A stretch of 64,000 bases of DNA from Diadema antillarum (Eukaryota). Numbering within the stretch: the first letter of the stretch is position 1; each line of letters begins with the position of its first letter. Location of the stretch: NCBI RefSeq assembly GCF_040938485.1, contig NW_027271795.1, positions 434,001 to 498,000 of the forward strand, given 5' to 3'. This document shows, in pieces, positions 39,901 through 51,115 of the stretch. Under the pieces are notes generated by a model. That model did not search any database. It had not been told where the DNA came from and saw only the letters and a program-made list of their open reading frames with translations. Position numbers and translations under genes: made by a program.

Positions 39901-42900
39901 TGGGTTATTGTGATAAGTGGATTGAGATTTTAAGGAAAAAACACTCATTTTTTGATATTTTTCTGAAAAAAGGAAAATCATGATAATGCTTGATTCAGCA
40001 TAAATCAGAGAAAGACTGAAGGATTATCTTGAAACGTTTCAAGAATTTTGTTTGACATATAATTAATATTTGGGGAAAATTAGGGGTCAGTACCGTTTTT
40101 GGTTCAGGAGTTATAATGTCTCAAACTTGAAAACTCACTATGTAAAAATGGCCACTTTAGTTGTGACAATACCTTGTTGGTCGTAAAAAGAGCCTGCGCG
40201 CGTCAAGACTACTACACGCACCACTGACACTGGCGCTTGTAGCAGTGCCAGTGATGCGTGTAGTAGTCTTGGCAAACGCAGACAATTTCTTTGACAAACA
40301 AGGGTTTGTGCCTGCAAACTAACTTTTCATACCAAGTGGTAGCTCAGGTGACGCTGATTGCTATTATTTCAAAGTAGATTGTTCTGAGGCAGATGAGATG
40401 AAGCAAAAATATCTTTCAAATAGAGGTAGAAGCTTGAAACAACCTTGCTATAGAAAGTTTAAAACAAAATCTGGATCAATCACTCAAAAAATTCAAGATT
40501 GCAGGCCATTATAGCTGGCATAGTGTATTGCGCCAAAGTAAATATATCATTTCGATTTTGATACAATTTTGTCTGTTTTGCTGTCTATTTGTATGGTTTT
40601 TATATATTCTGAACATTTAATGCTATTTCAAACCATCTTAGCTTTTTACGGAGACATTTTTTTCAGAATGCACCATGAATATTTCTCTAAAAAGTTTTAA
40701 AAAAATTAAATTAAAAATGTTTATGAAAACTATGCAGAAATTAACATGTTTCCCATATAATCAATATTTGGAGAAAATTAGAGGTCAGTATTGTATTTGG
40801 TTCAGGAGTTATAATGTCTCAAACTTGAAATCCCATTTTACATAATATGCATTTACACGCATCTGTTCCCAAAGACGTCACAGAGGGTCAAATCCAAGAT
40901 CGTGCTTACTTTTCGAGTTCCACTCTCTCTATAAACAAGACCATACATAATATTAAGCATACTAAGCAATGTTCCGTAAGTACACCTCAATAGATTTGTT
41001 GCAAAAACCTCCAAAGTACAGATGCGGTGCAATAGGGCCGCCATTTTTATTGAAATTAAAATTTCAAACATAAAATTTGATAGAGACATTGGATTGCAAC
41101 ACATTTGATGTCATATGAAGGAGAGTAAAACTTCCTAAAAGTTGATACCACTTTAGCTGTGTATTGTGATAAATTGGGATGGGGGGGGGGGGAATCCATA
41201 TTTTTATATTGTTTTGAAAAATGGAAGAAATGTGAAAATGCATTATTTAGTATTTATCAAAGAAGAACTGAATAATTATTTTGAAACCTGCGATTGAGAT
41301 TGAGATTTACTGAGATTGAGATATAATTCATATTTCTGGAATTACAGGCAATATCATACACTATTGACAAGTTAACGTCTAAAACTTGAAAAAATTACAT
41401 TTATGCATTATACATTTTGCATACAATGTGTTTACATGGTCACATGTAATACTGTAACGGTCTAGTGACTTGCAAGTACCTGCAAACTAACTTTTCATGC
41501 CAAGTGGTAGGTGACGCTGATCGCTATTACTGTAGCATTTCATCATAGTAGATTGTTCTGAGGCAGATAAAATTGAACAGAAAGTATTTTCCAAAAAGAG
41601 ATAGGAGCTTGGAATTTGGCACAAATTTTGCCAATGTGTAATATTTAGCGATAAAAATAGTATCCACACAAAATTCAAGATGGCGGTAATTAATCGAGGT
41701 TGTCGTTCAAGGCATTATTTACCATTAGTGCACGTAAAACAAAAACCCAGCTTTACTTAATTCCTCAAACTAGTTCTAAACTGTGAGTTAGGGATAGAAC
41801 AACTAATGTACAAACTGAAATCAGTATAATTAATGCTAAATATTGTCAGATATACTAAATAGATCTGATAAGAATGTTTTTTTATATACTAAATTGTCAA
41901 CAGTTATGGCTATGGTTTCTTGAAAAGCAATGAAGATACTAATGTTTAATGGTAGAATGTTTTGTAATACGACTAACCTGCACATATAAATCGAATGTGA
42001 TATCTCTCCCAATGGTAGAATACCTTTAGTGTGTTGCGTCAAAGTTAAATCTCAACTTATAACTTATAATTTGATTTGTTTTTTTAATCTTCTTATATTG
42101 CTGTCTATTACATGTTCCTATACATCCGAACGATATTGTGCTAGTGTAAACCATATTGAGGGTCTTTTTTTTGGGGGGGGGGGGGGGGTGGAGCTCATTC
42201 CAGTGTTAGGGTAAGGCCCAATCTTTGATAAAAAAGAAATGCCTCTGTATCAAAGATATGCTTTTTTACTTGTATGTTACTCTGCTTTTGTAAAAACGCC
42301 TGAATGATGATGGTATTATATGTGTAATAATGTCTGATCCGTAGATGTCCTTGAAAGCCCTTCTGATCCGAACCCCCCCCCCAAAAAAAAAAAAAATAAA
42401 AAAAAAATAATCCGACATGGCGGCAATTTCTCAACTTTGTTGTGCGAAATGTGTTGTGCGAAATTACTTTTCAGTTTATTTTTCGAATAACATTGTCCAA
42501 ATTGATTATTCGTGCTGTATATTCACATTTACAAATAAGCATGCTGAAACTGTATTTTCTGTTACCAGATTTTCTTACATTGTTTTTAGGCTGATTTCAT
42601 GTGGGTTATAGTGTCACAATTGATCTGAGCTTATGCCATTGGTAGATGCTTTCCCATGTTAGATATCAGGATCACTCGAGAGTGAAAATGTTCATTTTCA
42701 TTCATTTTAGAGTGACCTCGGGGATCACTCGAAGAGTGACAAGTGATCCCTAAGGCAGGGCTCGACACTAACGGTGGTCCGGTGGCCCGGGGCCACCAAA
42801 AACGCACGTCGGGCCACCAAAATGTCAGAAATGAAGAACATAGTTGGCCTGATCGGGCCACCAAAAAAGATCGGATATTTACCTTTGGGCCACCAAAAAT

Positions 42901-45900
42901 AAAAGTTAGTGTGGAGCCCTGCCTATTAAGGTCACTCTAAAATGAGTGAAAATGAACATTTTCACTCAAAAGTCACTCCAATTTCACTCTAAATTCACCG
43001 TTTTCTTGTTATTCACTCCTCACATCAAAAGCAAAAACTTCCACTCGATTTGGGTTTTTTTTTTCTTTTTCGGAGAGTAGAATATCACTGGTTCTAAAAA
43101 TGTGTCCATAAAAACCTAAGACGGTTTAAGATAGCACAACAGACAAAATTGTATCAAAAACAAAATAATACATTTACTTTGGCGCAATTTTATACACTAT
43201 GTCAGCTTTGATGGCCTGCAATCTTGAATTTTTTGAGTGATTGATCCAGATTTTGTTTTAAACTTTCTATAGCAAGGTTGTTTCAAGCTTCTACCTCTAT
43301 TTGAAAGATATTTTTGCTTCATCTCATCTGCTTCAGAACAATCTACTTTGAAATAATAGCAATCAGCGTCACCTGAGCTACCACTTGGTATGAAAAGTTA
43401 GTTTGCAGGCACAAACCCTTGTTTGTCAAAGAAAATGTCTGCGTTTGCCAAGACTACTACACGCACCACTGGCACTGCTACAAACGCCAGTGTCAGTGGT
43501 GCGTGTAGTAGTCTTGACGCGCGCAGGCTCTTTTTACGACCAACAAGGTATTGTCACAACTAAAGTGGCCATTTTTACATAGTGAGTTTTCAAGTTTGAG
43601 ACATTATAACTCCTGAACCAAAAATGGTACTGACCCCTAATTTTCTCCAAATATTAATCATATGTCAAACAAAATTCTTGAAACGTTTCAAGATAATCCT
43701 TCCGTCTTTCTCTGATTTATGCTGAATCAAGCATTTTCATGATTTTCCTTTTTTCAGAAAAATATCAAAAAATGAGTGTTTTTTCCTTAAAAACTCAATC
43801 CACTTATCACAATAACCCATAAAAATGGTATCAACTTGTAGAAAATTTTATTCTCTTTCATATGACATCACATTTGTTGAAATTTGATCTTTCAATCAAA
43901 TTCTATCTTTCAAATAACAAATTCAGTAAATATGGCGGCCATTTTGGACGCCATCTTGGATTTGGAAGCTTTCGCAACAAATTTTTTGAGGTAGACCAGT
44001 GGAATTTTGTTTGTTACAATAAAAACTTCAAAATAAGCATGGTCTACTTAGTTTGTAGAGAGAGTGCAACTCGACCTCTGTTTTTAGCTTTTGGCCCCCC
44101 GGTTAATAATGCAACGCGAATTTCCGTGTACAACACTCACTCCCACGTGATGGCTGATGAATTGCAAAGGTCAAAGTTCGATGCACACACACACTGCATC
44201 CATCCATTCATTCACAGAAGAAGTCCTCCACTCTTCATTCATTGTATCAGACAGTTGTTGACTCAGTGCACATATTTTGCATTCATGCCGGTCGTGTATA
44301 CTTTGTACATTCTTTCATCTTCCTTTCTGATCGCATCTTCATATCAAACCCTTTTTCTCTCCTAACTTCACCCAAACCAAGTTCCCACCCATCCTAACTA
44401 ACGTAAGTAGGCTATAGAGCTAGAGAGAATGTTTTCTTGATGTGATGCATGCGTTGCGCACTAGATGTGACGGTGACTGGGATATTTTGTTGTCGTTGCT
44501 TTACTAAATGTGTTTAATTTTGTTAATGTTAGTAATGGGGAAAATGGAAATGATAATGTGCACCCTCGTTGTGTGTGTTCGTGTGTTACCTTTTTCTTGT
44601 CCGGCACTTATTAACAGGATTGTTGGGGAGACGATGAGTTCCGAAAGGATGGTGGCATAGAAAGAGAAATGGTGACCCAGGTGAGTGGATCGAGGGGGGC
44701 GGGGAAGCAGGTGGGGGAGGCGGGGCTGGTATAAAGGGGGTGAATAGAGGAGGCCATGTTCTGTAAAAAATGTTAAGTCTCATCAATATAGTCCAGCATA
44801 TTAATCAGACGTCGTTCGGGGTCCAGTCGTTCAGTTCCTGTAGTTTTCTTTTATTGTGAAGAGTCTACATGAAGACAAAGTTTTACGCGATTTTAATACT
44901 TCAGTAGTCACAACAACGGAATCGCGTCCTTTTCAAGGAACTCTCCTATGGAAAAAAATGTTTGCCTATTAATCAAGATTTGATTAGCATGAGCAGTCAA
45001 CAGTTTCTACTTGTTGGTACACTCCAGTGTATAGTTCGGTTATCTAACGACCGAAGCATTACGTCTGACAAGGGGAACAAGAGAAACATGTTGAATGCCA
45101 TTAATACATCGGATCTCAAATTAATGCTGGCGATAAGAGATCATAATGAAGACGACACTTTACTTAACCAAATAATCAACAAACAGAAGAACTAACTCGC
45201 ACTAACAAGCTAAATAGGCGTTTTCACATCAGCCCGATGAAAATCCAAGCTCGAGATATTTTTTTATTTCCCAAGTCAGAAAATAGCTCGCTATTTCGAA
45301 ACATCGGGCTGATGTGAAAACGCCTATGAGTAAGCGTTATTCATATACAAGACATTTCCAGCATGTATCTTCCTGACAGAATATTCTTGAATATGATTGG
45401 GAAAAAGATATTTTCTTCATCGAGTTATGGAAAAAAAATGTATCTTGAGTTATCTTTTTTTTTTCTTCTTTTTTTACTGGACGTATTCACAACGAACTAA
45501 GTAAAGGACCGTTCTCTATTATGTTTGTGACAAGATGTGGGATTTATTACTTCGCAGATGGGTCGCAAAATATGAATACTGTCTAAAATAAATGTTTGTT
45601 TGGTTTTTTTTTCTTTTGGTTTTATTCGTTGATGTGGTAATTTATGGTTCCAGCGGGAGTTCAAACACCAGAGTATATCAACACCTGATCATACAATATT
45701 TGTGGATTATATGTCTCACAGGGTGCCAATTAAGTGTTTTGACATTTTTGAAAACAACGACAACGTGAGAAAGTCACCCCAACGTTTCTCCTGAGAGAAA
45801 GAGCGCACACACAATGAGTCTATTTTGGATACTATGCACACTCGTCTTTTTCCTGATATGTTGTCACGCAACAAATCTATTTCTGGTTACGCCGCACCTC

Positions 45901-48900
45901 GGTGTCTTGGTATTTTCTTGCATATTCTACCAAAATACACATCTTCGAGTGCACTCACTGGCTGCACAGGCAACACTATTTGGATGATACTTTTCTTTTC
46001 TGCAAATCTGGTTCATCAGAACTTGATCTTGTTTGCTCCGATACTTTTGGTTAACGGGATATTGCCGAGATAATATCACGGTTTTGGAAACATTTTTTTT
46101 TTTCTAACACAGGGTCAGTTCGGTGCGATCATGTCTGCATGTTCTCTGTTTGTTATTTGCTAAGCTCAGTCGATTACATGGGATTTGTATGACTGTAGAA
46201 TTACATCAAGAGGAGACTTTTTTTTTGAAAAATTACGATTCCAAATGACACTATTTAGCTTGAGAGTAGATTATGATCGTTGCTCGTAAAGTTGCGTTGG
46301 TTTTTATGTAAAAGAATCGCATATTCTGCAGCATCCGATTGTGAGAAGAAATACTTTTTTTTTTTTGAAAATTGTCACTATTTCGTGCCATGTTCCCAAT
46401 AGGTGTACTGTTACTAAAGAATAACAAAAGGCCTTTATGCCACGAGAACCAACGGCATGGTTGGCACTATTCAGTAACGCCGTGAGTTTCATCTATCAGC
46501 TAGAAAGGAGCGTCTGCATTTAGATATTGGCGTGTAGTATTCACCGTCTACAAGTTATTATTGAAGGCGGATCGTTTTAGTGTTCATGAAGACGCCTGTT
46601 GTTCATTTCACGAATGTCTTGTCACTCTGTCCGCTTTCAAACCAACAGCTTGCGAAGCCAACCATTCCCTCCGAGCATCTGGGGACAAGAATGAAGTCGT
46701 GGATAGAGGGCGCTAATGACTTTGGTGAGATCATTTTTTTTTTTTCCAAATCATTGTCCTTATTTTTCCGTAGTCAATAATCTTTTGTCCAAAACATAGG
46801 TATTTCTTCATTTACTAACTATAACAAAAGGCATAGGATGCCATTCCATCTACATTGCAAGAATGTCACGTATGTACTACTTCAATTTCTTTATTAGCTC
46901 GAATGCATATCCAAAAGTTTGTTTTAGGTAGGTGAACTGCACAATGAACATTGCAAGCGATAATCACGTAATGTTGATTTAAAACAAAGCGAACCCTAGT
47001 TATATCTGTCACAAGAAATGATTAAATATCATTGCTGCTCCTAATTCGATAGGACTGAATACTGTGTATTTCGTTGATTCGGCAGTAAAACATTCGTATA
47101 CGATTGTCATAAACTCACTCGTTTTAGCCCAAAACAAAGGCAATTCGTATTTGAAGCAACATAGATCATTTATAATACGACCGCTATGTAGATTCATTCA
47201 CGTGTACAAGTATATCATTGGCAATGAGCCCATTATAAAGAATCGGAGTGTGATTGGAAGCCTATACTATAGAAGTGGTGATACGCAGAGTGAAATGAGG
47301 TGTTTATGATAAAAACAGCTTCTTAACCGTTTGTCGATACGATCATCAACTTCTTTGCAGAAAAAGACGTGGCCTACAATATGCTCCAGACCCTACACGG
47401 CGGACCGAAGAAAGCGCCGCCCTTCTCTAAGGCCAAGCCATCCTCCGCAAATCTGACCAACATGCAGCTCCTCAAGGTTGGAGGGAAGGCCCCAGCGGCA
47501 ACTCACATTTATGTCCCGCCGTCGCCGGCCCCGAGGCAACCCGTCCCCAACCGCGATGGCAAGAACGACGCCGAAGTGAAGGGGTGGATGAAAAATCTGC
47601 AAGAGAAGCTTGCTTTGTAAGTCTTCTTTTCGTCATTTCGAAGCCATATCTATAATTATAGTACACAAGGAAAACTAGAAAAGAACTCAGGAAGCGCAGA
47701 CCTCCGCCAAGCAGCTTACTTCTACCCTTATCGTGATTCCACCTCATATGATAATCCTACATTCATATCATCTGCGTTATAAAATTAATAGTACCCTCAC
47801 TTTCGACCAATCGTCGCTCTCTCTGCAGAACTTTCTGGCCACTGGCGCGATAATTTCTCGGAGGATCTCAAAAGCAACTGCGCCATCTAGCGTTCATGAT
47901 GACAACGATAGGGATTTATGTTAAAATTCGAACAAAGTTCTGGATGCAGACAGTCATCCTGATCACTATCAGCATTTAATCATCTGTTCCTTGAGTAGCT
48001 ATCATTTTTTTTTGAAAATTGTATTTTATCCATATTTGTTCGTAACTTGTTAAGGTATTTTGCAAACAAGCAAACAAACAAACGCCGGCAAAAACATAAC
48101 CTCTTTGGCGGAGGCGTTAATGGTTACACGTCAGTGTGAATAATGAACTTGCCACTACCAGGCTTCTGTTTAATAAAGTGGGCGTACAAAAAAGAAGAGT
48201 CAGTTTAAAGATCCTTATTCAATGCAACCAGTACCACTGCACATCAATGACATCATCTAATCTAAGAGCAAGTGAGGTTTGAATGGTACGGGCTCCTACA
48301 TCCCAACGAAATTAAGGAGAAGCTGCTCTCTACAATTGGCTTCGACTTAAATTACTAGTATCCCATTGCAATGGTACCTTTCGAATTGATAAAGCAATAT
48401 ATTATACAAAAGGAGACACTACTGCTCTGACATTGTTATTGTGATTCGTTTTTCGGTGAGGAAATCACTTAGTATAACAAAATATTCACACAAAATTTCT
48501 GCAACACTCAAACTGTAGGCGATATGGAGATCAAAATGTTTTACGGTATTGATCAAAAGGAATGAACAAGAGTAGAATCAAGTCTACTTACATAACTCCC
48601 AAATATTCTGCAATATTCTATATGTATGTATGTATGTATGTATGTAGATGTCCCTATTTGTATGAATGCTAACAGAAAGAATTTCCTATATAATAATTTG
48701 GTCTGGCTCTTCGTCCAAGTAGCGTACATTTTGCCAGATCATCGCAAAGCAGATAAATGGGAAATTCTTGCCATCTTCTTCAAATACAGGCGTCAGCCAG
48801 GAGCCGAGGAGACCCAGCTGTACCAACTGAAGACCGTCGAAGGCCGGCCGCAGCCACCACGGCGTAAGCGCCCGACGATGATCTCCGAAGAATATCGCCA

Positions 48901-49051
48901 CGAGAACAGCCACTTCATGATGACGCAGCCAGCGTATCGCCGCCACTTCATCATCGCGCCGGACTGGGTGTCGGAGAGGCAGTCCCACCGCCGTCTGGCC
49001 AATCAAAGCTGGGCTAGGAAAAACAAGATGGCCGTCGGAGTCGGTTGCTAA
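24947..49051 (+). CDS. 8-exon gene for an uncharacterised ~459-aa basic, Pro-rich NNPHP-motif protein (paralog B), putatively ciliary/flagellar
   Basis: Exons 24947-25087, 35184-35412, 37224-37310, 38384-38649, 44618-44680, 46649-46724, 47361-47616 and 48790-49051. All introns are GT-AG with compatible phases (0,1,1,0,0,1,2), giving 1380 nt with no internal stop. Exons are GC-rich against an AT-rich background. Begins MPILAKKKIYTTHYY...RPTSPHRRNNPHPQS/DFLEPK and ends ...RRHFIIAPDWVSERQ...GVGC*. Confidence 0.85.
28915..29185 (+). mobile_element. RTE-clade LINE 3' fragment
   Basis: Translation ...HKMRR...KTILQDKVRGKRARGRPKMRWEDNIRD*TDL...WRKRAAKSSVAPQRS matches the typical RTE ORF C-terminus (GKRxRGRPxxRWxD; WR). 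It has a short (AAGATG)-like tail. Confidence 0.85.
29782..29795. promoter_or_regulatory. RFX X-box-like site GTTACCATAACAAC (intronic)
   Basis: Motif match only. Confidence 0.4.
30476..30606. other. Assembly gap (131 N)
   Basis: Run of N. Confidence 1.
32006..32019. promoter_or_regulatory. RFX X-box GTTTCCATAGCAAC (intronic, near a CpG patch)
   Basis: Canonical X-box match with ATTGG (inverted CCAAT) about 20 bp downstream. Confidence 0.55.
33950..34003. repeat. (TATTG)n pentanucleotide microsatellite
   Basis: Direct inspection. Confidence 0.9.
35835..36510. repeat. 45-bp GC-rich minisatellite, ~15 units, each unit a hairpin
   Basis: Consensus GAGAAGTCGAGGAGACGAGCTCTCACAACTCGCCTCTTCGGACCC. 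It lies in intron 2 of paralog B. Confidence 0.95.
38162..38320. mobile_element. Short GC-ended MITE-like element
   Basis: Ends CAGGGGCGGATCCAGG ... CTTGGATCCGCGACTG (imperfect TIR), with internal G and C runs. Confidence 0.65.
39380..39450. repeat. (AACC)n/(AAAC)n microsatellite
   Basis: Direct inspection. Confidence 0.9.
42680..42965. mobile_element. Palindromic element nested in the foldback
   Basis: GAAAATGTTCATTTTCATTCATTTTAGAGTGACCT (~42684-42718) and AGGTCACTCTAAAATGAGTGAAAATGAACATTTTC (~42928-42962) are inverted with one mismatch. Confidence 0.7.
42756..42921. mobile_element. hAT-like MITE
   Basis: TIRs CAGGGCTCGACACTAAC / GTTAGTGTGGAGCCCTG and four internal GGGCCACCAAAA repeats. 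The 8-bp TSD is not clean. Confidence 0.7.
45214..45327. mobile_element. Short hairpin MITE with perfect 26-bp inverted ends
   Basis: ATAGGCGTTTTCACATCAGCCCGATG ... CATCGGGCTGATGTGAAAACGCCTAT. Confidence 0.8.
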
Positions 49052-51036
49052 GGAGGGCGATTGGGAAATATAAAATGGCGGCTTTTCGGGAACTTGAATG
49101 ATGGCTGTGGCGAACTGAAATCGCGCACAACTGGTGGATTCGTTTGTCATTGGCGTCGGTACTGGATTCTTCGAGATTTATAACTGCGCAAGCACAATTG
49201 TTGCTGTATCAAGTTTTAGCAAATACAGAATGATGTGCTAAGCTGATGCGTTATTATCGTAAGTCACGGTGTTTTCCCGCTGAAAGAAATTTGAAGTGTA
49301 CATCATTATCAAGCTATTTCACCCGTCAGGACAAGCTCTGTATTCCTAGCCATAATTGTTGAAATCCATAAAAACTAATACCTTTTTTTTCAAAGAACTT
49401 CAGAGTGAACGACACAAGCAAGTTTTTGAGCTTTTGCTAAAACATTTGCAATAATTCTGGCCACAACCAAATTCTATTGAAAGCTTTCAACATAGTAATC
49501 ACAATCATCATTAAAAGGGTGTTCATTGTTAATGTTTCAATGCATGCACTTATTTGATTTCAAGAACCACAATGCATTGTATTAATAAACAAGCATGAGT
49601 TTGAATTTTTCTTCACAATGACTTTGACTTTGCAGCATTGACGAAAATGATGTGAATTACAGTTTGCAATCGCGATATGACAGGAACATTGTGCAAATTA
49701 CCTTAGCTATAAAGAAAGAGCTCACAATACTGCAGTGTTACTGCACGTAGGGATGAATGCTATTTTCACGCCACACTGTCGACCCCCACTTGCAGCAGAT
49801 ACTCGCACATAGATTGTCGACGGAACAATAATTATCATAATGTGTATACGTGCGTGGAGGTGTGTGAGTGTATGCGTGTGTGTATGTGTATGTGTGAGCA
49901 TGTGTATTTGAATGGTGCAACGCTCCAGGAGTCATTGTCCGTCCCATTGCCTTGTAAAGGTATAATATTTGCTGTCTACAGATATGCTATTGATATCCTG
50001 ATCTGGTTTTGACAAGATGTACGAAAAACAGAAATGTACGAGCCGGGGTACCTGGTTTTTAACACAGTTTACGCAAGAGTGATCATTTCTTTTGTATACT
50101 CACTGAAGTGAAACTGAGTTTTGACGAAAATCTGTCGTATGGCATTATCAAGGAAACTAATGTTATGGTTTAAATTGTGTGTTTGTGGTGCGGTACTTAC
50201 ACAAGTGCGAAATGATGTGAATTGGGTTACAATGTCATGGTTCCATTAAAACACACTCCGTAATGATTGTAAGTATTTTAAGATGCCACGTGAAAACCCC
50301 GCACCTGGACCGAACCTAAGTCATTATGCCGGCTGCGTGTTCTGTCACAGAGTAGGCTACTCAAGTATCACGCTAGCAGTTTGATCGTGTTGAGTGCAAA
50401 ACACAGTTTCCAAAGAGTGTACTTGAACGATTTTTTCCCACAGAGAGAGAAAAAAAAAACCAGAACAAAATCACCATTGACACTACTGTTCGCTAATGAC
50501 GACACTTTACGAACCAATACTTTGTCGTCCCTTTCCCACTCTTGAAACACATGCAGGAAATTTGAGGTTTTGCTTTCAGTTTGGCTATGCACTCAGTGAC
50601 TCAACTGAAAATCAAAATATCGTCGTACGTTCGGTGGCCTTCTAACTGATTTCGGCGGCCTTTAGACATTTGAGCAGCGCTTGGTGTTAACCTGTGCTTA
50701 CGAGCTCTAATTCCGTAGACAAGTATCATTTGGAAAGATCGACATTCTGTTTGAAAACAAGGTCTTCGAGAATAATACAATTAAATATCCTTTAATCGCA
50801 CGATTTCTCTTTACCCAAGAGTGAGAAAAGATTTTATTTGTGCTAAATAAAAATGGGTGCTTTTTTTGGGGTCATCACAGCAGACTAAAATAATCAAATC
50901 CTTAGAGGAAGAATAATGTGATACATGATGCGATACCTGTTTCATATTTTCAATATCCTTTAAACTTCAGAGGGAATTCCATCAATGCGTTTTGTATGGC
51001 TAGTCAAATCCTGAAATTGTCACTTTGTTATTTTGT

Positions 51037-51115
51037 GGCAGGGCCCCCAAGGATAACAGTGTGGGCCTATATGCGGCCATGGGGCTACCCTGGGTACTGA
51101 ATTCACTGAATAAAT
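51037..51115 (+). mobile_element. Isolated LINE/SINE 3'-terminal stem-loop fragment
   Basis: GGCAGGGCCCCCAAGGATAACAG...GGGGCTACCCTGGGT followed by AATAAA-like repeats; resembles the 3' end of the LINE at 983-1033. Confidence 0.55.

Larger units (their letters stand above)
39608..44102. mobile_element. ~4.5 kb foldback-type non-autonomous DNA transposon with ~1 kb inverted arms (piggyBac-like termini)
   Basis: Left arm ~39608-40585 is the reverse complement of right arm ~43130-44102 with high identity; for example the 39595..39981(-) and 43862..44365(+) ORFs share near-identical text. Ends are ATAA|CCGGAGGGCC ... GGCCCCCCGG|TTAA. No transposase ORF seen. Confidence 0.85.

Noticed and set aside
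39595-44365. ORFs 39595..39981(-) and 43862..44365(+) as duplicated genes
   Set aside because: They are chance frames in the two inverted arms of the foldback element.
47829-47924. Extra exon of gene B after a strong acceptor
   Set aside because: In the required phase it stops after 8 codons and has no clear donor; at most an alternative terminal exon.
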